This document shows positions 32,559 through 43,741 of a stretch of DNA of 64,000 bases, one piece after another (positions within the stretch are counted from its first letter, which is position 1; each line of letters starts with the position of its first letter). The translations under genes were made by a program, and so were the position numbers. The notes under the pieces were generated by a model. It made no database searches. It had not been told where the DNA came from and worked only from the letters and a program-made list of their open reading frames with translations. Source of the DNA: an uncultured Acidobacteriota bacterium (GTDB lineage Bacteria > Acidobacteriota > Terriglobia > UBA7540); assembly GCA_963804995.1 (NCBI GenBank), contig CAWDSK010000004.1, positions 96,001-160,000 of the forward strand, given 5' to 3'.

Positions 32559-33042
32559 GGATTACCCTCTTCGCTTCTCTCATCCGGTCCGCGACCAGGT
32601 ACCACAGGATCCCGATGTTCACCAGCATGGCTCCCACTTTTATCGCCGTCAGGTGTTCCGCAATCAGGTACACCTCAACGGGAATGAATGAGGCGGTGAC
32701 GATGATCGTGAAATATTCCCCCCAGGGCTTTCTGAGCACCAACCCCAGGCCCTCCGTCAGGAAGATCCCCGCGTAGAAGAAACTGCCGGCGCCCACTTCT
32801 CTTAGCTTGCGGTCGTCCACTGACCACAGTGTCGTCAAGACCTTCTGAAAATACTTATTGTCAGGGTCCACGTGCGCCGCACCGGCCCACTGAAACATAA
32901 TATCCACAACGTCGTGATGCACCAGCTTGAACACACCAATCCCCGCCACGACGAGCAGGAGCGCCTTGATCAGCTTATAGATCCCGATGGCCACGAGGCC
33001 GGCGCGACGCGAATCGGCGTTTTGCATTGTGGGCATCTCCAC
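32539..33042 (-). CDS. DUF2127 membrane protein
   Basis: TEGLGLVLRKPWGEYFTIIVTASFIPVEVY. Confidence 0.85.
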   Translation of the reverse strand: MEMPTMQNADSRRAGLVAIGIYKLIKALLLVVAGIGVFKLVHHDVVDIMFQWAGAAHVDPDNKYFQKVLTTLWSVDDRKLREVGAGSFFYAGIFLTEGLGLVLRKPWGEYFTIIVTASFIPVEVYLIAEHLTAIKVGAMLVNIGILWYLVADRMREAKRVIHGHQPT

Positions 33043-33428
33043 GAGGGATGACAGATGATCTTGAAAGCTCTAATTCCGGAACCCTGCTTCCCCTGGCAAG
33101 CTTCACTCAAGCCTAGCGCGGACCTGTCTTGCAAGTCCACGGCTTTTTGTTCCAGCGAGCACTCTTCGAGCGCGGTTCACTCTATCATCGAGGGTCGATT
33201 CAGGTGGCTGCAGCCACGGCACCAACAAAATCAAACTGCGGCGCTACCCTCGGCGAAGGAGTGTGGGCCGCTGGCACGGGAAAACCAGTGCAAGTTCGGA
33301 GATCGGGCGGGTGACCGCTTGGCGTCTTGACCGCGGCCATATCTGTGTCAATACCCAGCGCTGCGAAAACACCTTTTCTCACTTCCCTGCTTGGCACGAT
33401 CGACCCCTTCTATGGTGAAAGAAAACTG

Positions 33429-33697
33429 CTAACTACATTTCTTTTCATAGACATCATGGGCTAGCTACACTAACTAGCTTATTTTTCAGTAATATAATGG
33501 GTTCAATGGAGACTGAAATCTTTTCTACATGTGTTTTCAGCAACATCATGGGTTCATCCTTCATTTTTAATTCCCCCTTTTTCACTGCGCCCACGCCATT
33601 GTCATGCGCTATGTTATTTAATCTCAGACACATAGACGTTTGGACATTTCTGCCATTTTACAGCTAACTACCTTTGTTTTCTAGTATATCATGGGTT
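33429..33697. repeat. Four imperfect 34-bp direct repeats in an AT-rich tract
   Basis: Consensus CTAACTACNTTNTTTTCANNNAYATCATGGGTT at 33429, 33470, 33521 and 33664. Confidence 0.75.
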
Positions 33698-33863
33698 AGA
33701 ACGTCCTCTTCGCTCGCTTCCACGGGTTCCATTTAGCGCTCTCGGCGTTTTATTTTCACTAAATTCTCCGACCAGGGCCAGAGTCCTTCAAATTAAGCCT
33801 ACTATAAATCGCGATGGTTTTCAAGGCCCAATTCCTACCCTTGGACCTAATACGCCGATCTAG

Positions 33864-35500
33864 GAGCCCGTCGGAGATACGGCCCCACAATCTTACTTTT
33901 TACCGACTCTCGTTCTCCGCGAACCGAATGTTAGGCATTTGACGCTGGCCAGGCCGTCCACGCGAGCAACGGGGTCGGTTGGGCCAGCGCTTTCAGGCCC
34001 TTTGGGGGCTCCATCCCGAGCGGAAGAGTTTCAACAGGTTGTGCGTGGCACAGATCATCTGCCATTCCGCCTGCACTTTCCTCAGTCCTCGCAGCAGGAA
34101 TCTCCGAAACCCGCGCGCCTCTTTGATCTGTCCAAAGACCGGTTCCACCACCGCCTTGCGCAGTTTATAAACCGCCTGTCCTTCCGCCGTGCGCAGCTTG
34201 TGCCGCATCTGCTCGGCCACGCTGGCCCCGGAGGGCGGAGGCCCGGTCGTGACGGGCGGTTTCTCGCTGTGCTTCTGAGCGTCCGGCGCTACGAACAGAT
34301 CGATCTCCCGCACCTGCGCATCGGTGACGTTGGGCTCGCTGAAATACCCGTTGTCCGCCGTCGCTTGCCGCGGCGGTCGCCCCATCTGCGCTTTCACTTC
34401 CTTCAGCATCGGTACCAACTGCTTCTTGTCGTTGGCTTCCTGCGTCACCGCCGCCCCCACGATCACTTGCGCGTGACTGTCCACCGCCGCCTGGGCGTTA
34501 TAGGCTTGCACAAACTCTTTCGTCGCTCCGTCCTTCATGATGCGCGAATCCGGGTCGGTAAAATTCCGTTGCGCTTGGGGCTCCGGTTTCGCCGCTTCCG
34601 CGTCCGGCGCCTGCGGCGGTCGGCCCCCGAACTTCCGCCCCCGTTCCCGTTCCTGCTTCGCCCGCTCCTTTAATTGCGCCGCCACCTCCGCCTGCTTCTT
34701 TTCCGCCGCCTCTTTTGCCTCTTGCTCCAGTGCCGCCTTCGCCTCCCGAATCTTCTCTAACCGGCTCTCGCGCCGCGCCAGTTCCTTCGGCAGTTCGTCG
34801 CCGCGCTTACCCTTCCCATATTTTCCATCTTCCTCGGCGTCTACCCGTGCCGCCTCGGCCAGCAGCGCCTGCACTTCCGCGGCTAATTCCTTCTCCGCCT
34901 TCTCCATCCGCTCGTAGCTCATCGCCTTGTGCTTCGAGGCGTTGGCCTTGATCTTCGTCCCGTCCAGCGCCACGTGCCCCAGCTTCACCAGGCCCGCCCG
35001 CTGGCACAACTGCAACACCTGCACGAACAATTGCGCCAAGGGCACCAAGTGCTCCTGCCGGAAGGTCGCGATCGTGTCGTGATCCGGATGCTGGTCGGCC
35101 GCCAAATACCGGAACGCCACGTCCTCGTACGTCGCCCGCTCGATCCGTCGCGAACTCGCCACCCCTCGGCAGTAACCGTAAATCAGCACCCGGACCATCA
35201 TCCGCGGATCGTACGCCGCCAGCCCCCGCCCATCTCCCGCTTCGTACTTCGCGTAAATCGCCGACAGGTCTAAGGCTTCCACCACCTCCGCCACGAACCG
35301 CGCCAGGTGACCCTCCGGCAGCCAATCCTGCAACGAGGGCGGGAGCAAGTACGCCTGATTTAAATCGCAACTCCGAAACTGTTTGCCCATAACTCCATCT
35401 TACAACATCTTCTAAAACTATCAATAATCAATCCAATGCCCCCCCCGAAAATCTTGCGACTGGATCCCTCCTGCGGCCAAAATCTATCTCCGACAGGCTC
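33864..35500 (-). mobile_element. IS1182-family insertion sequence
   Basis: TIRs GAGCCCGTCGGAGATA/TATCTCCGACAGGCTC; CTAG duplication at 33860-33863 and 35501-35504. Confidence 0.92.
33993..35390 (-). CDS. IS1182-family transposase
   Basis: LLPPSLQDWLPEGHLARF, LDGTKIKANAS, TDPDSRIM, ADNGYFS, VEPVFGQIK. Confidence 0.95.
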   Translation of the reverse strand: MGKQFRSCDLNQAYLLPPSLQDWLPEGHLARFVAEVVEALDLSAIYAKYEAGDGRGLAAYDPRMMVRVLIYGYCRGVASSRRIERATYEDVAFRYLAADQHPDHDTIATFRQEHLVPLAQLFVQVLQLCQRAGLVKLGHVALDGTKIKANASKHKAMSYERMEKAEKELAAEVQALLAEAARVDAEEDGKYGKGKRGDELPKELARRESRLEKIREAKAALEQEAKEAAEKKQAEVAAQLKERAKQERERGRKFGGRPPQAPDAEAAKPEPQAQRNFTDPDSRIMKDGATKEFVQAYNAQAAVDSHAQVIVGAAVTQEANDKKQLVPMLKEVKAQMGRPPRQATADNGYFSEPNVTDAQVREIDLFVAPDAQKHSEKPPVTTGPPPSGASVAEQMRHKLRTAEGQAVYKLRKAVVEPVFGQIKEARGFRRFLLRGLRKVQAEWQMICATHNLLKLFRSGWSPQRA

Positions 35501-35732
35501 CTAGGGAACAAACTTCCGATTCTTTTATCTGTACGACTCTTTCATTCGCGAGTCCTTGCCAGTTTATCCCGGCGCTATCCAGGGCTGCGCCGAGTGCCAC
35601 AACGGCGAACTGAGACAACACATGCATCCATGTTGTCAAGAGAGTTAGGAACTATAAATGGACAGCCGTGTTGCGATGAACATCGAAAAGAGGTGTGCAC
35701 TCGGGCTAACTATCAAGGACGTTGATGATGGG

Positions 35733-35766
35733 TTTTCAACAGGTCTGTTGAAAAGTATGTGGAAAA
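35733..35766. promoter_or_regulatory. Three DnaA-box-like 9-mers
   Basis: TTTTCAACA, TGTTGAAAA, TGTGGAAAA; the last matches TTWTNCACA on the minus strand. Confidence 0.45.
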
Positions 35767-36008
35767 CCTAGGCCTAGATTACGGTAACGTTAAAACTCTG
35801 AACAGCTTTTAACACTTTGCACCAACCTGTAGCATTCTTCACAGACTCACCACTTGTAGGGCGCCACCATCCAATTTCGTCGGTGAAGAACCTGAATGCA
35901 AAATGGCCTTCACCTGACAAAGGGTGGAATGTGATCTCCTGCAAGTAGACAGAACGGACTCAACCAGAAGGCAGGAAGAGGAAACTTGATGTAGAACGTG
36001 TTACACAC

Positions 36009-36425
36009 TTACAACAACGGCTGGGGCTTCTTGAGTTTAACCTCAATCAATTGATTGTCGTTTTCCAATTGGTATTCTTTGCCAAAGCTCTGGTGCCGGT
36101 CAGCAGTAACGAACAGCCGAATGGATCCTTTATAGACGTTTGTGAACTTGTATCGGCCCTGAGCATTGGTCTTCGCGCTATAAGAGAGCTTCTTCGGCAG
36201 TTTCAACTCGTTGAGGTTACCTGGCTCATGAAATTCCAGGGTCAAGCGCGCTTGGCTGATGGGTTGCCCGCTCTCGGAGTCCTTCACTTCTACATTGACG
36301 CTGGCGGTGGTATTATCCTGTCTCTTGTCCTGCGCAAGGATGGGCCGCACCAACCCCGCGGACAGAAAAATTCCCACACACAATAGCCCCTTCAACATGA
36401 ATCTCGGGGAATGAGACGAAAACAT
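36009..36425 (-). CDS. Secreted carboxypeptidase-regulatory-like domain protein
   Basis: VKDSESGQPISQARL...KTNAQGRYKF; start uncertain. Confidence 0.75.
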   Translation of the reverse strand: MFSSHSPRFMLKGLLCVGIFLSAGLVRPILAQDKRQDNTTASVNVEVKDSESGQPISQARLTLEFHEPGNLNELKLPKKLSYSAKTNAQGRYKFTNVYKGSIRLFVTADRHQSFGKEYQLENDNQLIEVKLKKPQPLL

Positions 36426-36569
36426 AGGATCTAACCTCCTGTGCAATGATAACTCAATTCGCTCTGAATCAGAGTCTTCTAGTACTCTCATCCTGTAATT
36501 TCTTCTCGGACCATTGACATCAATCGACGAGTCCGATAACTTCGCGGCCTCGCACAAAGGTCTAGCGCC

Positions 36570-37520
36570 TCAGATCAGCGGTGTAAGGCGCACTTTCCGA
36601 AATTGCACCTTGCCGTGATCACCCTGCAGCATAATCGGCCCCGGCCCTTTTTCGTCGGCGTTGAGCGCGCCGCCCGTTAATCCCGGCACCTCGCCGTTGT
36701 CGATGATTTCCTTTCCGTTCAGGACCACCGTCACGTGGTTGGCGATCAGCGTTATGTCATAGGTCTGCCACTCCCCCGCGGGCTTGTCCGCATTGACGGC
36801 GGGAACGATGAACCCGTAGAGAGCCCCCTGGCTATGAACATCCAGCGGTCGGCCATAACCGTCCAGCACCTGGATCTCATACCGGCCACGGAGATAGACG
36901 CCGCTGTTACTTTGCGGGTCCACGTTGAACTCAACTTCCAGCTTGAAGTCGTTAAACTTTTGCGTGGTATAGATGTTGTTGGCGCCCTTGCCCTCATTCA
37001 TCAGGATGCCATCTTTGACTGACCACCCCATGGGGCGGCGTGGGTCCTGGCACAGCCAGTTGGACACATCCTTACCATTGAACAGGTCGATAGGCTTTCC
37101 AGGCCTTCGCTTGGGAGGAGTCGCAGGCCACACCGGACCGCGTTCGCCGCTCCACGAAAGTGGCTCGCCCCTTACCAGCGCCGTTCCCACCAGTTGCCCG
37201 TCCTTCAAAGTCCCTTGCCATACTTGCGGGGTTTCCGGTTTTCCTTGGGGATATTGGAATTTCAGCTCGCCACTTTCGATGCTAACCTGCGGCAGATCGA
37301 AAACCGCGCCACCGCCAGGATTGAAGCGGCCTTTGAGCACTCCTTCTTCCCGTCTCAACTCCAGCCAGCAGATCCTTGGCCGCCCGGATTGTGAACCCGT
37401 CGCGGTAATATCCCATCGACCCAGGAAGGCATCATCGCCTGCCGGACTAGCGAATGTACTGACCGCCCATGCCAGCGTGACCGTCAATATCGTAAGGACT
37501 GCAGATATCCGTAAGCGCAT
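36570..37520 (-). CDS. DUF1080 family protein
   Basis: LFNGKD, NSGVYLRGRYEIQV, GEWQTYDI, GPIMLQGDHG. Confidence 0.92.
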   Translation of the reverse strand: MRLRISAVLTILTVTLAWAVSTFASPAGDDAFLGRWDITATGSQSGRPRICWLELRREEGVLKGRFNPGGGAVFDLPQVSIESGELKFQYPQGKPETPQVWQGTLKDGQLVGTALVRGEPLSWSGERGPVWPATPPKRRPGKPIDLFNGKDVSNWLCQDPRRPMGWSVKDGILMNEGKGANNIYTTQKFNDFKLEVEFNVDPQSNSGVYLRGRYEIQVLDGYGRPLDVHSQGALYGFIVPAVNADKPAGEWQTYDITLIANHVTVVLNGKEIIDNGEVPGLTGGALNADEKGPGPIMLQGDHGKVQFRKVRLTPLI

Positions 37521-37654
37521 AAATGGACCTTCCCTTTCTTTTGAGCAAACTTGCCAGATTATCGGTTAGCGTGAGTTTCTTACTATGGTTTTGGAAGGGT
37601 GGGGCTTATGGTTTTTGAATTCCTTAAATTCTTAAACGTCCCGAACCTTCAAGT

Positions 37655-37732
37655 GACCCCTCACCCGTCCCGCCCCGGCTGGTGAAAACGCCGGCGGCGG
37701 TCCACCCTCTCCCCTCGGAGAGGGCTATTATT
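37655..37732. repeat. REP-like element; inverted copy at about 40355-40430
   Basis: GACCCCTCACCCGTCCCGC...GGTCCACCCTCTCCC...GGAGAGGGCTATT; the pair flanks the ABC operon. Confidence 0.75.
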
Positions 37733-37770
37733 CAAGGTGGTGCAAGCCCCCTTTCACCCCGATGCGGAAA

Positions 37771-39288
37771 TCAGGTCGCCTGGGCAGCCCCAAAGTGCAC
37801 TGGCCGCGCCAATCGCCTTTCGATGGCGACAACTATCAGACCACACATCCCCAGTTGCAAGGCTATGGCCAGTAGGGCGATCACCCAAGAGCTTGGCGGC
37901 GTGGCGATTTGGCCGAGCAGCGCGTAGGCGGTCAGCAAGGACATGACCTTGGGAGAAGTGGAAACCCCGAAAGTTGACACTACAAAACCAACCATGCCCA
38001 CGGCCGAGTAATAGAGCACGAGGAAAAGGACTCCTTTCATTACAGGATGCTTCATTCGCGTCAGCAGGCACCACTGGAGAAAAAGGACATCGCGGGTGGT
38101 GAAGACCAGTAAAGCCGCAAGCACCAACGCGGCAAATCCCAGCCGCCACTCTCCCAAGGGAATCGCTGAACGCAACCCGCCGGCCTCCGCCGCCAGCATG
38201 CCATAGGCAATCGCCGCCGACGGCACAAGCCAAGGCCACGGCAATCCATTGGTCGCGAGATACGACGTTTCTCCAGCCTTCCACTGGCGCCACCAGACCT
38301 TTAGTTTCTCGTGGGGGCTCAGCGCCGCGACGCCGATCAGGAATAGGAAAAACGCGTTCCAGGCTACCGCAAATGTCGTAAGGTCATAGGGGTAAAGGGA
38401 GTGCGAAAGTGACATGGTGCTGGATGGAGTCCTGATCATGCGTGTATCCAGAAACGCGTAGAAGAGGAAATTCCAAAACGCCACCAGCCCCACGCACTGC
38501 CACCGAGAGAGAAGCTGGATTTGTGGCAAGTCCCGCTTGAGATTGCGCACAATCATCAGCACGAACCACGCCCCCAAAAGCACATAAAGGGCGAGAGAGA
38601 GCACGACACAAGGGACTCGCACACCGAAGACGGTGGGAGAAAGAAATGCTATATCGAAATTCACCCCGTGCAGGGAGAAAAGAGCGGGGAATACGCTGAT
38701 GGTAGTAAATCCCGGGAATGGGCTCTCCGCAAACGCCGCGAAGAAAAGATTTGCGGTGAGTCCCAGCAAGCCAATGGCCCCAGAGCTCGACTTTTCAACC
38801 AGCATGGATCCCCAGAATGCGGCCAAGCTGTAAAAGAGATTGAAAACCGGGAGGAGGATAACTGACCACAGGACGGCTGCCGGGCGAATGCCCCCCAACA
38901 ACCCTGCCACAATCGAGAGGGGGAGCGTGCAGGCCACGATGAAATAAGCTATGATCGGGGCGCCCAACAACTTGCCTGCCAGGATTTCCCCCGGGCTGAG
39001 ACGCGTGGTTTTTAGGAAGTCGAAGGTCTTTAACTCCCTCTCCCGCGCTACCGCCTGCCCGCAAGTTCCGGCGGACCAGACTCCCAAAACCACATACTGA
39101 CTGCCCAGTAACCAGCCGTAGAAGTCCGCCAAGAAACCTTTGATATTGCCGGGATTCGCGGACCAGCATCCCATGGCCATCAAGGCACAGACGAACAGGG
39201 TGATGGCGGCGGTCAGGGCCGCGCGCGCGGGTCGAAGGTCTGACCGCACATGAAGTATCAGCAGCGGGTTGCGCCAGAACCTGAGCAC
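37771..39288 (-). CDS. ABC-2 type transporter permease
   Basis: AVARERELKTFDFLKTTRLSPGEILAGKL; many TM segments. Confidence 0.85.
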   Translation of the reverse strand: MLRFWRNPLLILHVRSDLRPARAALTAAITLFVCALMAMGCWSANPGNIKGFLADFYGWLLGSQYVVLGVWSAGTCGQAVARERELKTFDFLKTTRLSPGEILAGKLLGAPIIAYFIVACTLPLSIVAGLLGGIRPAAVLWSVILLPVFNLFYSLAAFWGSMLVEKSSSGAIGLLGLTANLFFAAFAESPFPGFTTISVFPALFSLHGVNFDIAFLSPTVFGVRVPCVVLSLALYVLLGAWFVLMIVRNLKRDLPQIQLLSRWQCVGLVAFWNFLFYAFLDTRMIRTPSSTMSLSHSLYPYDLTTFAVAWNAFFLFLIGVAALSPHEKLKVWWRQWKAGETSYLATNGLPWPWLVPSAAIAYGMLAAEAGGLRSAIPLGEWRLGFAALVLAALLVFTTRDVLFLQWCLLTRMKHPVMKGVLFLVLYYSAVGMVGFVVSTFGVSTSPKVMSLLTAYALLGQIATPPSSWVIALLAIALQLGMCGLIVVAIERRLARPVHFGAAQAT

Positions 39289-40244
39289 TACATCACCTCG
39301 TGATGCGAAAGTTTCAGGTAAAGATCTTCCACGGTTTGCTTGACCTCGCCGAAGGTCAAAACTCTCACGCCGGCGGCCACTAAGCCGGCCAGAACGGCGG
39401 CAAGTTCTTCTTCCGAGCCCGCAAACTTGAACACCGCCAGTGAACCCTGCACCATTAGCCCTGAGACCTGCGCGTTCTCCGCCAACTTGGCGCGTACTGC
39501 GGCCTCACCCTGCCCCACCCAGCCGAGGCGCACCACGCGGCACTGGCTTTCGGCGGCGGAAATCGATTCGATGCTGCCGCTGCGAATCATCTGCCCTTTT
39601 TCCATCAGGCCAATGGATGTGCAGAAGCCTTCGAGTTCAGTAAGGATGTGCGAGGAAATCAGAATCGTCGTCCCCTGGTCGCGCAGCCCACGCAGCAGGT
39701 TGCGCAAATCCAGGCGCGCCTTGGGGTCCAACCCCGAGGCCGGCTCATCCAGCAACAAAACCTTGGGCCGGTGGATGATCGCCCGCGCAATGCCCAGCCG
39801 CTGCTTCATGCCGCGCGAAAGGCCCTTGATCATGGCGTCCTGCTTCACTTCGAGATCAACTTGCTGGATCACCTCGTCGATGCGCGCCGGGATATCCGCC
39901 TCCCGCATCTTGTAGGCGTGCGCGAAGAAGTCAAGGTATTCCCAGACCTTCAGGTCCTCGTAAACCGAGAAGAAATCCGAGAGGTAGCCGATGAACTGCT
40001 GGGCGCGCTCCGGCTCTTCATGCACCTCTACTCCGCAGACGCTGGCGCGGCCGCTGGTGGGCTCAAGCAGGCCACACGCCATGCGAATGGTGGTGGTCTT
40101 TCCGGCGCCGTTGGGGCCAATCAGGCCGTAAATCTCCCCCTCGGGAATAGACACGTCCAGGTCCTGGACCGCGACCAGGTCGTCAAACTCCTTGCGCAAC
40201 TTGGTCATCTCAATGACAGCAGACAAGTGGCCTCCTGCGTGCAC
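39288..40244 (-). CDS. ABC transporter ATP-binding protein
   Basis: GPNGAGKTT, LSRGMKQR, LLLDEP, SSH. Confidence 0.95.
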   Translation of the reverse strand: MHAGGHLSAVIEMTKLRKEFDDLVAVQDLDVSIPEGEIYGLIGPNGAGKTTTIRMACGLLEPTSGRASVCGVEVHEEPERAQQFIGYLSDFFSVYEDLKVWEYLDFFAHAYKMREADIPARIDEVIQQVDLEVKQDAMIKGLSRGMKQRLGIARAIIHRPKVLLLDEPASGLDPKARLDLRNLLRGLRDQGTTILISSHILTELEGFCTSIGLMEKGQMIRSGSIESISAAESQCRVVRLGWVGQGEAAVRAKLAENAQVSGLMVQGSLAVFKFAGSEEELAAVLAGLVAAGVRVLTFGEVKQTVEDLYLKLSHHEVM

Positions 40245-40717
40245 AACTCTTATACTCTACGCAGCAAAGTAGTAAATTCATATCTTTCTCAGAACCATTT
40301 CTGCGCCTAATCTCCGTTTGGTCGTGGCCCCGCCGCGAGGCCAACAACGTGAATAAATAGCCCTCTCCCTGGGGAGAGGGTGGACCGCTGTCGGCGCTTT
40401 AACCAGCCGGAGCGGGATGGGTGAGGGGTCTTTCCGGCAGTACTTTACTCAGTGCGCACTCACGGGCCATCCTCACGAACCCCTCCAGATCTTCCTTCAC
40501 CTGCCCATTTGGCAAGCGCACTTACGTCAAGTTCCACGGCCACATCAACCTCAAACAGTTAGCGTAGCGCATCTCCGCCGTTGAGGTCTGCGGTTCTTAG
40601 TTCGGTTCACGTTACCAAATTCGCGGACAGCCCCCATCATCAAAACCTCAGGTCTTTCGCATGAAGAGCCGCTGCCTTTTGACTTTCTTTGGCGCCTCTC
40701 CCGCCCTACAAAGCAGC

Positions 40718-41083
40718 CTACCCTCCACTTCCCTTCCCGGCAACGTCTTCTTCCGCAGGGCTGGCGGGTTTCACGGAATCGCTCACCCACTGCAAGTAGT
40801 TGCGTGAGCCGTCGATGATGGGCAGACAGATGATCTCCGGCGTATGATAACTGTGCACCTTGGAAATCGCCGCCTTGATTTCCGGAAACAACTCGCGCGT
40901 GCTTTTGATGAGGAGTTGGTATTCCTTATCGTCCGCGATCTTCCCTTCCCAGCGATAGAGGGATTCAATAGGCTGCGTGATGTTAACGCAGGCGGCGAGC
41001 TTCGCCTCCACCAAGTGCCGCGCAATCTTCCGGCACTCGCGCTTGCTCGCGGCCGTCACCATGATTACGACTTTGTCAGTCAC
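40718..41083 (-). CDS. cutA: Divalent-cation tolerance protein CutA
   Basis: LVEAKLAACVNI, SLYRWEGKI, HSYHTPEII. Confidence 0.95.
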   Translation of the reverse strand: MTDKVVIMVTAASKRECRKIARHLVEAKLAACVNITQPIESLYRWEGKIADDKEYQLLIKSTRELFPEIKAAISKVHSYHTPEIICLPIIDGSRNYLQWVSDSVKPASPAEEDVAGKGSGG

Positions 41084-41152
41084 GGGTCCTCCTCACGACG
41101 AGGGGTCGGCCAAAGGGCGGGTGTGGGTCATTTTGAAGTGCCACGGGCGTCC

Positions 41153-41272
41153 GAAGCTGTGAAAAAATACCATTTTCACCGCTGAGACGCAGAGAAATGA
41201 CCCTTTGTTTTCAAACCTCTGCGCCTCCGTGTCTCCGCGGTGAAAGGTTTGATGGGATTTTTTCACACCTTC
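41153..41272. mobile_element. MITE family A, copy 6
   Basis: GAAGCTGTGAA...TTCACACCTTC, TCC duplication, inside CACGGGCGTCCCGCCCGTG. Confidence 0.8.
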
Positions 41273-41461
41273 TCCCGCCCGTGTCCGGTCACGGCCAAGA
41301 CCCCGATGGATCGGGGCAGGTAGGCCGTGGCACCTCAAAATGAGTCACCGCCCGAAAGGCAGCTTGCTTGCACGGGACTTGCAGCAAAAGATACAATGGG
41401 GAGCGACGGGAAGCAACCAATTCCACTTGGGTGTCTCCGGTGGGCGGGTTGTCTTTGAGCC

Positions 41462-41794
41462 ATGAGTGATTCTGAGTTCGACAAATCCGCGTTCTACCGG
41501 AATGGCGCCCTGGTACTGTTGCTGGTCGCTATTGCGCTAATCGTGCACAACATCTTCGGCCAGAACGGCTACCTGGCGTTGCGGCGGCAGCAACAGGAAC
41601 TTCAAACGTTGCAACAGAAGATTGAGCAGCTCAAGCAGGAAAACGAGCAGTTGGATAAGCAGATTAAAGCGTTGAAGTCAGATCCCGCCGCCATCGAGCG
41701 CCTGGCGCGCGAACAGATGCACCTCGTAAAACCTGGAGAGAAAGTTTACACGCTGCCCGATAAAGAGCAGAAAGCAGAAGGCGGAAAGCAGTAG
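41462..41794 (+). CDS. ftsB: FtsB/DivIC septum formation initiator
   Basis: TM helix, FGQNG, coiled coil, IERLAREQMHLVKPGE. Confidence 0.85.
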   Translation: MSDSEFDKSAFYRNGALVLLLVAIALIVHNIFGQNGYLALRRQQQELQTLQQKIEQLKQENEQLDKQIKALKSDPAAIERLAREQMHLVKPGEKVYTLPDKEQKAEGGKQ

Positions 41795-41980
41795 GCAGAA
41801 GGCGGAAAGCAGAAGGCAGCGAGCGTTTTGTGCGAGTCCCGACAGAGTCGGGATAGGCAGCGAGCGCTTGGTGCGAGTCCCGACAGAGTCGGGATAGGCA
41901 GAAAGCTGTTCCCTGTTCCCTGTTCCCTATTCCCTGTCCCCTGTTCCCTATTCCCTGTCCCCTAACCCCTATTCCCTGCC
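41766..41980. repeat. Heptamer repeats plus a roughly 41-bp tandem duplication
   Basis: (GCAGAAG)n, two copies of AGGCAGCGAGCG...TCCCGACAGAGTCGGGAT, then (CTGTTCC)n. Confidence 0.8.
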
Positions 41981-42761
<781 letters not shown>

Positions 42762-42798
42762 TTTTTCACCTCGTTGTCGATTCTAGCAGGTATCAGGT

Positions 42799-42827
42799 TT
42801 GCTTGCACTTGCGCCCAATGCTATAAT
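42799..42827 (+). promoter_or_regulatory. Putative sigma70 promoter
   Basis: TTGCTT-17 bp-TATAAT with extended -10 TG. Confidence 0.55.
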
Positions 42828-43002
42828 CGGACCAACATAAGTAAGGCCCGCAATTGGCTTAAGCCTTATGGGAGCGCAGGCGCCAAGCAAGGCTCCCAAT
42901 AAGGCAAAGGCATGGGGGCGCGATCAACAGCGCTCCGGGCTTGGGTGAATGGGGAGGGGAGTAAGTTTTGAGGGGTGCCGCGTGCGCGGTCCCACTAACT
43001 CC

Positions 43003-43699
43003 ATGCGTATCTGTGTCCATTCATACCGGGTTGTCCTGCTGAGCGGGCTCTTTCCTGTACACCTTCCTTCCAGCTCCCGCCATAGCCGACCAAATCGTCG
43101 CCATCGTGGACGAGCACGGTCACAAGGTTTACATCAACACCGGTGAAACAGCCACTCCAGCGGATTGGGCGACGCGCAGCTTTCAACCCAATTCAGCCGC
43201 TGGATCGAATCATCCTCCGGAGGAGATCGATCGGCTGGTGGACCAGACGGCAAACCGGCACCAAGTGGATCCTGACCTGGTCCGGGCCATCGTGCGAGTC
43301 GAATCGGGCTTCGATCCCAAAGCGGTATCGAACAAGGGCGCCATGGGCCTCATGCAATTGATTCCGGCTACGGCGCGCCGCTTCGGAGTGGAGAACCCGT
43401 TCGATCCCAAGCAGAATCTTGAGGGCGGGGTCAATTACCTCAAGTACCTGTTGGACCTTTTCGGCGGCAATCTACCGCTCTCGCTCGCGGCTTACAACGC
43501 TGGTGAACACTCGGTCCAACGTTTTGGTGGCATCCCGGCATTCACGGAAACGCGCGACTACGTGCGCAAGGTCACGAACCTCTACCAGTCCGGGGATACG
43601 CCGGTGGCGGCCAAGACCACTCCCAAGGAGCCGCCCCAAGCGCCTATTACCCGATACGTCGATGAGCACGGTGTGGTGCACTACACCAACGTCGAATAG
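43003..43699 (+). CDS. Lytic transglycosylase (SLT domain), probable frameshift near 43052
   Basis: VESGFDPKAVSNKGAMGLMQL, AAYNAG, ETRDYV; the signal peptide is split across frames. Confidence 0.88.
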
Positions 43700-43741
43700 T
43701 AAAGAGTCTACTTCGCAGTCCCCAGGACCAAGAGGACTAGT

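Noticed and set aside
33200..33397. Small ORF as a RiPP precursor or leader peptide
   Set aside because: No modifying enzymes nearby and no recognisable motif.
33429..33697. CRISPR array
   Set aside because: Repeats are degenerate, gaps are irregular and no cas genes are present.
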